DNA from: Lama guanicoe
Lineage: Eukaryota
Reading direction: 5' to 3'
Length of the DNA stretch: 63,986 bases
NCBI GenBank assembly: GCA_013239625.1
Contig: MU053557.1
Span: 2,014,123 to 2,078,108 of the forward strand
Positions 13,505 to 25,335 of the stretch are shown piece after piece. The first letter of the stretch is position 1. Every line of letters begins with the position of its first letter. The position numbers were made by a program, and so were the translations under genes. A model generated the notes under the pieces. That model was not told where the DNA came from. It was given only the letters and a program-made list of their open reading frames with translations, and did no database searches.

Positions 13505-14187
13505 CACAGGTGAGCTTTCATATGTACCTCCATGCCCTCGTTTTCTCCCGCACTTACAAAAATAGGAGACACTTAAGTTAGAACATTAAGCTGGGAACTT
13601 GTGCTTTTCCGAAGCAGCAATCAGGTTTTGATCAGGAACATTAATTCAGGGTTTACTTCATTTTCCTTCCTGGTTTTGTTTTCTGTAATATTTAAGAGGC
13701 AGGAAGTGGTTAGAAGGGAAGGGTGTTTTAACAACAACAGCAACAAAAATCTCTAAATTCATTAGTTGAATTCCACCAGGCCATGTGAGCAATCTCTTAA
13801 TAATCCTACATCAATCCGAGAGAAGTTGTAACTAGTTCACTTAGTGTAATTATAGGGCAGCTTTCTGCCAGGCTTTAAAGATAGACTTTGAAATGTTTCT
13901 TTTTTTCCATTTGCCTCACACTGTGTGTGGGGAGCAGCTCAGGCTCCTGGGATACTGGCCAGAGTTAAATGGGGGCCAACTGGAGAGAGAGGCACCAAGA
14001 TTTGGTTCCTGTTTTTCTGTGCTCAGACTGCTAGGAGCACAAATACCTCCCCTAAAAGGTCTCCTGGAGAAAGCTCAAGACCTAGAACTGCTATCTAAAT
14101 CCTCCCAGCTTTAAGTCAGAGAAGAGTTGGAAAGCCAGTAAGATTACAGCAAGATGTACAGCACAAAGCTGCAGAGTTTGCACTAGA

Positions 14188-14375
14188 AGAAAAGTTCCCC
14201 AAGTGTGATCCCCAACCAAGCAGCATCAGTGTCACCTGGGAATTGGTTAGAAACGCACCTTATTGAACTCCACCCCAAAAATGCGTAAGAAATCCTGAGA
14301 GCAGGGCCCAGCAATCTGTGGATCAACAATCCCTTTAGGTGAATCTGCTGCGTCCTAAATTTTGAGAGCCACATC
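14188..14375. mobile_element. MER5A-like hAT-Charlie MITE
   Basis: cagcatcagtgtcacctgggaattggttagaaacgca...gggcccagcaatctgtg...tttgagagccac. Confidence 0.8.
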
Positions 14376-14487
14376 TCTAGGGCCATGGTATTGAAGAGCA
14401 TTACCCTACTCGCTTTGCTGAGGAGATGAGGGTTCTAACTTGTAAACAGATTTATTCAAACAAGGCATATCAAAACACTAAGATCTT

Positions 14488-15630
14488 TTTGCCTCATTTT
14501 TATTGAAGTACGGTTGATTTTCAATGTTGTATTAGTTTCTGGTACAGAGCATAGTGATTCAGTTTATACGTATATATTCTTTCTCATTACAGTTACAAAA
14601 AGCCATTGAAGATAGTTCCCTGTGCTATACAGTAGGACCTTGTTGTTTATCTATTCTGTACACAGTACTTTGTATCTGCCAAACCCAAACTCCCAATTTA
14701 TCCCTCCCTCCTCCATCCCCCCTGGTAACTGTAAGTTTGTTTTCCGTGTATGGGAATCTCTTTCTGTTTTGTAAATAAGTTTGTTTGTGTCATTTTTTTA
14801 GATGCCTCATACAAGTGATATCATATATTTGTCTTTTTCTGTCTGACTTAATTCACTTAGTATGATACTCTCTAGGTCCATTCATGTTGCTGCCAATGAC
14901 ATTTCATTCCTTTTTATGGCTGAGTAGTATTCCATTGTGTGTGTGTGCATATATATGTATATATATATATCACATTTTCTTTATCCAGTCATCTGTCAAT
15001 GAACACTTAGGTTTCTTCCATGTCTTGGCTATTGTAGAAAGTGCTGCTGTGAACATTGGGGTGCATGTATCTTTCTGAATTAGAGTTTTCTCCAGATATA
15101 TGCCCAGAAGTGGGATTGCTGGGTTTCTTGGTAACTCTTTTGGGATTTTAAGGAACCTCCATACTGTTCTCCATAGTGGCTGCACCAAATTACATTCCCA
15201 CCAACAGTGGAGGTTTCCGTTTTCTCCACACCCTCTCCATCATATATTACTTGTAGATTTTTTGAGGATAGTCATTCTGACCAGTGTGAGGTGATATCTC
15301 ATTGTAGTTTTGATTTACATTTCTCGAGTAATTAGTGATGTTGAGCATCTTTTCATGTACCTGTTGGCCATCTCAATGTCTTTTCTGGAGAAATGTCTAT
15401 TTAGGTCTTCTGCCTATTTTTTGATTGGGTTGTTTGGTTTTTTTGATATTGAGCTGTGTGCACTGCTTGTATATTTTGGAAATTAATCCCTTGTCAGTTG
15501 CATCATTTGCAAATATTTTCTTCCATTCTATAGGTTTTCTTTTCATTTTATGATTTCCTTTGCTGTGCAAAAGCTTTTAAGTTTAATTAGGTCCCACTTG
15601 TTTATTTTTGTTTTTATTTCCATTACTCTT
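14488..15630 (-). mobile_element. 5'-truncated L1 (end of ORF2 and 3' UTR)
   Basis: ORF-track 14970..15188(-) gives the L1 ORF2 C-terminal peptide PAIPLLGIY...CTPMFTAALSTIAKTWK. TSD aaaca(c/t)taagatctt at 14473-14487 and 15631-15645. Confidence 0.93.
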
Positions 15631-15723
15631 AAACATTAAGATCTTCAGAGCTGAGCAGAACAGGGTTCAAATCCAGGCTCTGCCACTCACCAGCCATGGG
15701 GCTTAGACATGTTACTACTTAAG

Positions 15724-15904
15724 CAGTAGCTTGCTGGTAAATGTTTAATTGGAAAGTGTAGTGTTTGCTGATTTCCATGGTGTAAACACTGCCATCTCAG
15801 CTAATTTCAAACTACCAAGATGGTCAACCAACTCAAAAAAGATTCATGCAAATTTAATAGTTAGTCCCCATAAACCCATGCAAGCTGGTGCCAGCACACC
15901 ACTG
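15724..15904. mobile_element. MER63-like hAT-Blackjack MITE inserted in a MIR
   Basis: Termini cagtagcttgctgg / ccagcacaccactg; core tttgctgatttccatggtgtaaa; MIR sequence resumes on both sides. Confidence 0.75.
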
Positions 15905-16363
15905 TCTCTAAGACTCAGTTTTCTCGTCTGTCAAATGGATGACTTTAGTATTTACCTTATAGGGTTGTTGGAATGTTGAAGTGAAAACATAATGAAAGCA
16001 CTTCTGTGTGCCAGGCACTTAAGATGCATTACCTCCATGAGTTCTCATAACCATAAGATGGGTACTGTTATTCCTTCCATTTTATATATGAGGAGGCAGC
16101 TGAAGTAACTAATCCAAGGTCACTTAGCTAGCAAGTAGGAGAATGTGAGTTTGACTCCATAGCCTGTGGGTAAGAGATGTGTGTGTTGACTTCTTAGCGC
16201 CGTGCTGGGCACAGGTGATGCTCACTAACCGGTAGCTGTTATCACAATAGAAATGAACTTCTCAAATACTTCTCTGCTTTGGAAGGAGGGATTATCAGTT
16301 TGTGCTGAATGAAACTTCTCGGTCACAGAAGCTACACTGGTTTTCTTCTGAGAGGAAGGGCCA

Positions 16364-16721
16364 GTATCAGTCTATATGAGCTGCTGTAACAAAATACCAG
16401 GTGGCTTATGAACAACAGGAATGTATTTCACCCAGTTCTGGAGGCTGGAAGTCCAAGATCAAGACATCAGCCTGGTCTTGTTCTGGTGACAGCCTTCTTC
16501 CTGGTTCAGAGCTGATGTCTTCTCACTCAAGCTTTGTGTGGTAGAAGTGCTAGGGAGCTCTGTGGAGTCTTTTTCACAAAAATACTAATCCTGTTCAGGA
16601 AAGCTCCATCCTCATGACCTCAGCACCTCCCTAAGGCCCCACTTCCTAATACTATCATCTTTAGGGGTTAAGATTTCAATATATGAATGCTGGGGAGGAG
16701 GGAAGCATTCAGACCAGAGCA
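16364..16721 (-). mobile_element. MaLR solo LTR (MLT1A/A0-like)
   Basis: gctgctgtaacaaaatacca...cagttctggaggctggaagtccaagatcaag...attcagaccagagca. Confidence 0.85.
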
Positions 16722-16899
16722 GCCAGGTTGCCTGATGGGAGAGTCAGCTGTGCATTATTTGTGGGACAGATGATGACCACCTGTAGCTGATGGACACCCA
16801 CAGATCACACAGCAACTCAGACTCACGTTAGTGCAGCTGTAGGCTCCTTCCCTCCCCAGTCTGGTGTATGTTTTTTCTAGGCTTTCTCTACAATACACT

Positions 16900-17950
16900 G
16901 ATACACATATACATACATGTATGCAGTTTTCTATTGGGTCATATTACACATTTTTTTTGCAATTTTTCTCTTCTTTTTAGCCTAAGAATATATGATGGAT
17001 GTCTTTCCGATAGCAGTCCCTACCAGTCTATCTCATTCTCTCCAAAGCTGCTGAACACTCCACAGTAACTGCATACCGACATCTATTTCACCAATTCATG
17101 ACTGAAGAACATTTAGGCAAATTCCAGTTCTTCACTCTTAGGAACAATCCTACATTCACCAATCTTTTACATAAATTCTTGCACATGTCTGAAGGAGAAA
17201 TTCCTAAAACTAGGATTCCTGGATCAAAAAAGATCAAATAGTTTAAATCTCGATCAGTGTACCCAAACTGACTTCTCAACGTGAAAATTTAAGCTCCCAA
17301 CATTCAAGAAGGAAAGTGCCTGTTTGCCCATACTCTTACCAACATTGGCATTCGTCTGATGATTTTTAAGAAAATTTTCATTATGAAAAGTTCTTGATAT
17401 AAAAATAGAGAAAATAATAATAATAATGAATTGCTATGTACTCATCACCTGGCTTCCAGTTACCAACAATCTTACTTCATCCCTACCCCCTCACTTTCTC
17501 CGTGCACTAGATTAAATTGAGATAAAGCTCATATATCGTCTTTTATCTGTAAATAACTCAGTAGATACCTTTAAAAGGTAAGGATCTATTTTTTTAACAT
17601 AGCTTCAATACCATTATCACATCTAAATTCTTGATATTATCAAGTATCCAATCAGTGTTCAAGATTCACCAATTGTCTTAATAATTTTTTAATAACTGTT
17701 TTGTTTGAATCAGGATCCACCAAGATCCACACATTGCACTTAGTTGACATGCTTCTTAAATGTCTTTTAGTCTGTTTCACATACACACACACACACACAC
17801 ATACACTTCCTCTTCTTTTATTCCTTGCAATATATTTATTAGTGGAATTGGGTCATTGTCTTATAGTTTCCCACTTCCTGAATTTTTCTTATTACATTCC
17901 TGTTGTGTCATTTAATACGTTCCTCAGTCCTCTGCATTTCTTACAACCAT
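16900..17950 (-). mobile_element. Old L1 (L1ME/L1MC-like) 3' fragments
   Basis: gaacatttaggcaaattccagtt, ttgtttgaatcaggatccaccaagatccacacattgc. Confidence 0.6.
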
Positions 17951-17958
17951 TAGACCTA

Positions 17959-18165
17959 GAGCTGTGCCGTCCAATATAATAGCCACTAGGCACACGTGGC
18001 TATTTACACTGAAATTAATTAAAAATAAAATCTAAAATCCAGTTCCTCAGTCGCATTAGCCACATGGCAAGTGCCCAGTAATCGTATGTGGTTGGTGGCT
18101 ACTGTATTAGACAGTACAGAATAGCACATTTCCATCATCACAGACAGTTCTTTGGACAGAAGGCT
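17959..18165. mobile_element. MER3-like hAT-Charlie MITE
   Basis: gtccaatataatagccactaggcacacgtggctattt...ggtggctactgtattagacag...ttggacag. Confidence 0.8.
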
Positions 18166-18344
18166 TCTAGAGTCATCATTGGATCCTCTAAGACTGTTTA
18201 ATTATTTTTTTCCTCATTTATGTTTAAGAGTGAAGATGAACACGCCAAAGTCTGTCGCCAAAGTCTGTGTTACTAGGCAGGCTCAGGTAATATAAGAAAA
18301 GTCACTAATATGTGGCAGACTGCTCCTGCCTGGTTTTTTATTTG

Positions 18345-18381
18345 TGCATGCGTGCGTGCGTGCGTGCGTGCGTGTGTGTGT
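18345..18381 (+). repeat. (CGTG)n(TG)n microsatellite
   Basis: gcatgcgtgcgtgcgtgcgtgcgtgcgtgtgtgtgt. Confidence 0.9.
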
Positions 18382-18974
18382 ATTATATATTTAAATTGAG
18401 GTATGGCAGATATTCCTGCCTGTTTTAAGTGGCAGCCAGCTGTGTTTGCTGAGGGTGAGACGTTTGTGATGGGTGCCACAGGTATGTGTGAGGCTCTGAC
18501 GTCTCAAGGTCAGCAGCTCCCAACATGCAAGCAGCCCTGACCCTTTCCTGCCTCCTCAGAGGGAAATTGAGGGAATCAATGATAATCCATCAGGCTTAGC
18601 CGTGCAATTATAGGACATGCTGGTTCCCGACTATCCCTGAACATTCCTCCTTTCCCAGAGCTGCAGGTGTTTCTGGCTGCAGCTTTCTGCTTGCCTGTGT
18701 CTTTGTCTTGGCATGTGTGTGATGAGCACATTTCAGACCACACCAAACAGGTTTCTCAGCTTGCTTCTGTGACACTTTGCAAAGCCCAGAGGGGCCACGA
18801 CCGTGGTGGAGCAGTCTGGCTGGCTGTGCATTCTAGCAAAAACCTCCCCAGGTTCCTGGGAAAATCTCAACCAATCTATGAGGAAATGGATTCTTTGCAG
18901 TCCTGATAGGAGACAGTATAGGGAAAAAAAGCATTCTGTGAATTTAGGGTTAGGAGACCATCATGCATGAGGTC

Positions 18975-19364
18975 ACTCATTCTCAAAATACTTATTGGGC
19001 CAGATACTGTGTTTGGCACTAGGATGAACGGTGCACTAGGTATAAGTTTCTGTCCTCACCAAGTCTGCCATCTGGGGGAGGAGGCAGATCTACAGACAAG
19101 TCATTTCAACGCCATTTGACAATATCGGGTGCTAACGAGTGTCATAAAAGTACAAGGAAGAGATCCCTGTCCCTGACATGGACACTCAGGGACATACTGT
19201 TCAAGCTGAGACCTGAAAGACAAGTAGCAGTTGGGCAGGAGAGGAAGAGGGTGGAATGCCGAAAGAACCTTCGGGAAGAACTTGAGACGTGAGCGTTTGT
19301 GCAGCATTGGTAGTACAAAAAGATGTGCAGTCGGGCTGCGCTGGGTGCTGAGAGTGGCCAGGTG
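18975..19364 (-). mobile_element. L2 fragment
   Basis: cactcattctcaaaatacttattgggccagatactgtgtttggcactagg; aagctgagacctgaaagacaagtag. Confidence 0.6.
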
Positions 19365-19381
19365 AAGAGTGGAGAGGTAGG

Positions 19382-19416
19382 CATTGTAACTGACTGTACT
19401 TCAATTAAAAAAAAAA
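19382..19416 (+). mobile_element. Extremely 5'-truncated L1 (about 25 nt plus poly(A))
   Basis: cattgtaactgactgtacttcaatt(A)n matches the terminus of other L1 copies here. Perfect 17-bp TSD aagagtggagaggtagg at 19365-19381 and 19417-19433. Confidence 0.9.
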
Positions 19417-19496
19417 AAGAGTGGAGAGGTAGGGACTGAGCAAATCCTAGCTGTGTGAATCAGGCAAGTCCTGTCTCCCTATGCCTCAATTCTTTC

Positions 19497-19916
19497 CCCA
19501 TTTTTTAAAATTGAAGCATAGTTGATTTACAGTATTGTGTTAGTTTCTAGTGTACAGGAAAGTGACTCAGTTATACGTATATATACGTATTCTTTTCCAT
19601 TACAGTTTGGTATAAGCCATTGAATATAGTTCCCCATGCTCTACAGTAGGACCTTGTTGTTTATATATTCCACACATAGTACTTTGGGTTTTTTTTAAGA
19701 TTTTATATGTATTGTATTTATATGTATTTATATGTATATATATATATATATATATTGGTTGAGGGGGAGGTAATGAAGTTTATTTATTTATTTTAGTGGG
19801 GGTACTGGGGATTGAACCCAGGATCTTGGGCATGCTAGGCATGAGCCCTGCCACTGAGCTGTACCCTACCCACCACACATGGTACTCTGTATCTGCCAAT
19901 CCCAAACTCCCAACTG
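19497..19916 (-). mobile_element. Short L1 3' end inserted in a MIR and itself interrupted by a SINE
   Basis: ttgaagcatagttgatttacagt...gccaatcccaaactcccaa; flanking direct repeat tgcctcaatt. Confidence 0.85.
19684..19872 (-). mobile_element. vic-1-type tRNA-derived SINE nested in L1
   Basis: ggtactggggattgaacccagg...ccactgagct. TSD ccacacat(a/g)gtact at 19670-19683 and 19873-19886; (TA)n in the tail. Confidence 0.88.
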
Positions 19917-20112
19917 TGCCTCAATTTCTTCCTCCACCAAACAAGCCTATTAATTCTTACCATGCAACACTGTGGTTAGAGTCCAATGACATACAGATGC
20001 AAAAGTATTTTACAAACTGTAGCCTAAAATCCTATCTGTAGCAAGACAACTGTGCTTGTCTGGACCAATTTTTTCAGCCGTGAAATGAGTGTGAATTAAA
20101 CAGGGAGCTGTG

Positions 20113-20307
20113 TAGGGGTGTGGGATTCGGCTCCTGCTGGCCCACGAAAGGCAGTAATGCACATGTCTTGTGTCTTCCCAATGCCATATGCAGCAACACC
20201 AGGCTGGTAGCCAACGTAGGAGCTTTTACACCATGGAAATCGGCAAATACTATGTGTCAGAGCCTTTTTATTCTTTGATGGAGAGCTGGTTAACCAGCAC
20301 ACCCCTA
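20113..20307. mobile_element. MER63-like MITE, opposite orientation to the 15724 copy
   Basis: Core tttacaccatggaaatcggcaaatacta; terminal inverted repeats (TIRs) taggggtgtg / cacaccccta. Confidence 0.7.
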
Positions 20308-20873
20308 AGTGAGGGTGAAAGGAATGAGAAGAGGAGGAACCCTGGGGCAGCAATTATCAAGGAATGTCCATCCACAACAAAAAAGGGTTTTGAAGGAATG
20401 AGTCTATCACTTTTTCTGCCATTTGAAACAGGCCCACCCAAAGCCAGCCCTCGAGGAGGAGGACAGGAGGGCCACTCTTTCATGCCAACCCATTCCCAGA
20501 CATACCGGAGGAGTGCCAGCGACACCCGGTCACAGACATGAGACTGGAGCCTCTCAGGTCAACAGCTGCTGGGAGCTGATTTCTTTGGCTCATGTAGCCA
20601 GCGATAAATTGGATTTCAATGTTCTGAATAGGCAGAAAAAGATACCTCCTTGCTCCCTTTCGTGGAGCTGCCAGCTGGCATTTGTTGTCACTCATCATGG
20701 CTTCCTGCAGTGGAGATTATACACTCGGTGAAGAGGACATGTGAGCAAGAAAAAGTCTTCCCCAGTGGGAGTCTCCAAGGCCGGTGTCCATTTGAAAAAC
20801 AGGGATACGGAAACAGCTCAAAGCATGTTTTAAGTAATGGAGCCTTTTTAAAGGATGACCTAGAAAAATCCTA

Positions 20874-21292
20874 CATTTTTGTTTTTTTATCTTTTTGTTT
20901 TTTATTAACAAACCTTTTTTAGAGCAGTTTCAGGTTCGTAGCAGAATTGAGCAGAAAATACATAGAGTTCACACATTGCTCTCCCCACCCACACATATAT
21001 ACTCCCCTACCCTCAACATCCCTCATCAGTGTGACATATTTGGTACAATTGATGAATTAACATGGACACATTATTATCAACCAAAGTCCATAGTTTACAT
21101 TAGGGTTTACTCTTGATGTTGTAGATTTCTATGGGTTTTGACAAATGTGTAATGACATGCAGCCACCACTATAGTATCATACGGAATAATTTCATTGCCC
21201 CCAAATCCCTTGTGCTCCATCTATTCATCCCCCCTCCCTCTCCCCAAACCCCTGGAAGCCAGGATCTTTTTATTGCTTCTGTAGCTTTGCCT
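20874..21292 (-). mobile_element. Old L1 (L1MC-like) 3' UTR
   Basis: tttagagcagtttcaggttc...aaagtccatagtttacattagggtttactcttg. TSD gaaaaatccta at 20863-20873 and 21293-21303. Confidence 0.82.
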
Positions 21293-21447
21293 GAAAAATC
21301 CTATTTTTATCTGTGGCTAGCATGCCTGGATACTCCCCAGTCCTGGAAAAATAACTAGTTGGGCTTGTTGGAATTTTATGTCAGGAGCAGAGATGGCAAA
21401 AGATCAAAGTTGGAGTTGGGTTTAAGTGGCATGGTGCAATTTAATAT

Positions 21448-21516
21448 CCCTCCCTTCCTTCCTTCCTTCCTTCCTTCCTTCCTTCCTTCTTTCCTTCCTT
21501 CCTTCCTTCCTTCCTT
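21448..21516 (+). repeat. (CCTT)n microsatellite at an L2 tail
   Basis: Directly visible; followed by caacaaatactcactgag, an antisense L2 end. Confidence 0.93.
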
Positions 21517-23964
21517 CAACAAATACTCACTGAGTTCTTACTAGGTGCTGCTAGAATGTAAGTCCCATCAAGGCAGAGACTGTGTCTGATTTATTGTGGG
21601 CACTCAGTACATTTTTGTTGAATGAATGAGTGGACGGCGTCACTTTGTCAGGTGTGAGTGGTATACAGATGGACAAGTCATAGACCCTGTTTCGGCGGAG
21701 GTCAAACCTGGTGGACAAGCAAACAAGGAAACCAGCTATGGCAATACAAGGTGATGAGTGCTATGGTGGGGAAGTGGGGAGGTGTAGGGTGCAATGCCCC
21801 CCCCAAAAGGAAGTCCAACTCACCTTGCAGAAAGAGACAGCAAAGGCTTTCTGAAGACACAGAGGCAATGCCAAATATACTGGCACCTATCTGGATAAGA
21901 CGTTATGGAGAAAGAGAACTGTCCACATATTCTGCAATAGCTCACGTTCCTAGGAGGACTCCTGACTTTATCTTAGTGTGGCATATGATTGCAAAGAGCT
22001 GCTGGAATGCTTCTGTGCTCAATCCTTGAAAACATTCTCCATTTCTCAGGGACCTTCAGAGGGTTTCTCTAAATTCAGGCTTTCCACTGAGAAGATCCTG
22101 TGCCCAGTGTGACAGATGGCATGTGGGTCTTTACGGTCTCTCTGATGTTCAGCCACTTGCTTCTAACATGGGGTCCAGCTTTGAAGGCAGGCAGGGCACA
22201 TCTTCTCTAAGGTCACGTCTGTTGCATTCAGTGTAAAGTAGAGGAATGCGCTAAGTTTTGATTTCCAAGAGGCAGACGCAACTTCAGATTTGTGGGAGGT
22301 CCTGGTGGTGACAGTCCTGGTTTCAAGGGCAGCTGAACTGAGAGGGAAGAACTCTAACTTCCCAGGGCTTGCTGCTTTCAACAAGGGTCAGGCAGACTTT
22401 TTCTTCTGATGTCACCAAATTAAGGCGCAAATAAGTATAAATATGTACACAAACACAAACATGCAAGTCTGAGGGGAGGGAGCCTAATTAAGAAGTAAAG
22501 CATTTGAAATCCAGATGTAACTTTTCGACAGCAGAAGACAAGACCAGCCTCTTCCACTCTCCTCTTCAGAGTTCCTGTCCCTGCAGGTCTGGGGCACTCA
22601 CGTCCCTTTCACTCCTCAGCCTGGCCTGCGGTGGTGCCTTTACTTGCCAGTCATTCTGAGGAGGACCGTGTACACAGGAGCAGAGAGAGCAGTGGAGCAA
22701 ACTGCCTTCTACTCATGACTCAGATTTCAACAGTTACCAGCGTTTTGCCAGTTTGGTTTCATCTCATCCATCACCTTTATTTCTGGCATATTCTAAAGGT
22801 ACTCCTGAAGCTTTGATCATTCACCTTAATGTCCTGTTATCTTTAGAGTTGTAAAGAATGGTCACATTCACCTTCTTTGAGGAAACTGTGGCCCAGAGAG
22901 GTTCTGTGCCCTCACGCAAGGATTCAAGTTTGTAACCTGGGTGTCACACCAAGGGGCCACCTCCGGTCCCCAGACCAGATGGCCGCATTGTCAGAAATGT
23001 TCTGCTGTTTGCCTGGGTCACGTTGTCACTAGTCCTTCCTCCAGCTCCAGAAATCGCCACGTGGAGGCAAACGGGAGAAACAACTTCGGGGAGAAAGCCA
23101 GTGTGCATGCGACCAGAGCTTTTTTTTCCCCTGAGTCAGGAGAGGTGGTGGTGGTGGGAGAGTCATGTGACTCAGCTTTCCTCCCTCTGCATGGTGGGTT
23201 TGGCTCAGTTTCTCCAGCCATATGGAAAGCGACTCACCCACCAAGTGCCACACCTATAAGAAAAGTTTACTCTCGGAATGGAGCAAATGGCAGGGAGCAG
23301 AATTGCCTCCCAGGATGAGTGAGACAGTTCCTCCCTTTGTCCTTCAGGCTCCCACGCACGTCCAGCCCTTCTTCACAGGGGCCCTGTGCTTTCCTGGAAG
23401 AAGAGATGGCAACCGAAATGCTCCCTGGAGAATTCAGTGCTCTCCCGTTGGACATCTCCAGGACATGGGACCCACCCCATCTCAAAAGCAATCCCAAGCT
23501 ATGTATTAAAAGCCGGCTTATGTCAGGAGCCAGGGACATGGCCATGATCGCGTCTGGGATTCCCTTCTTTGACGGGGGAATGAAATCACCTCAAAGCAAT
23601 CTCAGGGAAATGTTTGGGAGAAAAAATGAAAACATGCTGGTGGCAACCCTGGAAAGGGGCTGTTGGTTATGAGTGGTTCTTTCTCTGCCCCCTGGTATGA
23701 ACTCCTGCTTCTTTCACCTTTTTCCTGCTATAGGACGCCGGATAATTCAAAAAGGAGGTGGGCGGGGGAGGTGGCCAGAGGAAAGAAGGCTGGCATATTC
23801 CAGGTGCCTGGTTGTACTGGATTCTGGGAGGGAGGAAGGAATGCCCTGCCCACTGACTCAAAGAAGCAGGAGATAGAAAAAGAAGGAAAACGGAGAGCTG
23901 TGCTGTCCCAGCTCTCTACCTAAGACTAGACGATGAGAGGTCTGAGACAAAAGACTGAGGGGAG

Positions 23965-24107
23965 TAATAACCTTTAATGAAAAAGAATATGAAAATGAAT
24001 ATATGTATATATATATGTCCCATGACTGGGACATTGTGCTGTGCACCAGAGATTGACACATTGTAACTGACTAGACTTCAATTAAAAATAATAATAATAA
24101 ATAAATA
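23965..24107 (+). mobile_element. Short young L1 3' end
   Basis: Perfect 16-bp TSD aaaagactgaggggag at 23949-23964 and 24108-24123; ends gactagacttcaattaaaaa plus a (TAA)n tail. Confidence 0.92.
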
Positions 24108-24376
24108 AAAAGACTGAGGGGAGAGAAGGAGGAGAGAGATACATGACAAAAGTCACAGAGCAGAACAGAATTTTAGATACAGATATAGAATATATACAGA
24201 CATAATAAGAACCTTCCTTCCACTGGATCTCCTTCCGTCTCTCAGTGTCTGTTACCTCCCTATTCTTTTCTTCTGTAACAGTGACTTCAACTTGTGATTA
24301 AATATATCCTTGTTTATAAGTTTGATCTTTGTTTCCCCAGTCAATGCCTGGCACAAGTGGCACTCAGAACTACTGA

Positions 24377-24545
24377 GGGGGAGGGCATAGCTCAAGTGGT
24401 AGAGTGCATGCTTAGCATGCACAAGGTCCTGGGTTCAATCCCCAGTACCTCCTCCAAATATCAATAAATAAACCAATTACCTTCCCCCATAAATAAAAAA
24501 GAGAAAAGATCATTAAAAATATTTTAAAAGAAAGAAAGAAAGAAA
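24377..24545 (+). mobile_element. vic-1-type tRNA-Ala-derived SINE
   Basis: gggggagggcatagctcaagtggtagagtgcatgcttagcatgcacaaggtcctgggttcaatccccagtacctcc plus A-rich tail. Confidence 0.9.
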
Positions 24546-24751
24546 TACTTATTGAAAGAAAGAGTAAGTAACAAGTAGGGCTGGAAAAGTCAGTCCTGAA
24601 GATCTAACAGCAAGCTCATGACTCCCCTCTCCTCCTCTGGGCCAAATCTCTAAGCATCCTTCTTTATTTAATATTTATCATTTGCTAAGAATGTTACTAA
24701 GTGTTCTGTGTAATTTATCTCATTAGTCCTCTCAACAAATGCATGAGGAGT

Positions 24752-25335
24752 GTGTTCAGAGGTCCCTAAGACCCGCCTCAGATTCAGTGATTCACTAGAA
24801 GGGCTCACAGCACTCAGCAGAGCTCCTATACTCACAGTCACAGTTTATTACAGTGAAAGGATGCAGATTCAAGTCAGAAACAGAAAAAAGCACACAGGGT
24901 AGAATCCAGGGGAGGCCTGGCCCGGCTGTTGGTTGTCCTCTCCCAGACCAGCTGGGCAGAGAGCACTTACCTCTCCCAGCGATGGTGCCTGACAACGCAC
25001 ATGAAAGCTGCCCACCAAGGAAGCTCACCCAAGACTTGATGTCCAGGGTTTTTATCAGGGGCCAGTCAGAGACACATGACTGACTTCCCATGCCATTGGC
25101 CTTAGTCTCCATCCCCTCCAGAAGTCAAAGTTCAACAGCCTGGCCCAAGCTCCTCACCGTAAGTCACATTATTTGCTTACACTGTCTGCTGTGTCCCAAG
25201 GCTCCACGTAAACAAAGCCTCTCTGGTCAGGCGAGATATTCCAGTGGCTTGGAGGTTATGTCCCAGGCCCAGGGCTAAAACTTCCACTGGTATCCACAGG
25301 GTTTGGGTATCACAGAGTTGCTGAGTTTACTGCAC
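24752..25335 (-). mobile_element. MER21-like ERV solo LTR inserted in a MIR
   Basis: gattcagtgattcactagaagggctcacag...cagtttattacagtgaaaggat (AATAAA on the minus strand); tgtccagggtttttatcagggg. Confidence 0.75.

Noticed and set aside
14970..15188. Protein-coding ORF resembling a real protein (also 36925-37262)
   Set aside because: These are fragments of the L1 ORF2 C-terminus in defective copies, not host genes.
24377..24455. Functional tRNA-Ala genes (also at 3280, 39591, 50900 and 59720)
   Set aside because: Acceptor stems are mispaired, A-rich tails follow, and most copies have TSDs, so these are SINEs or retrocopies.
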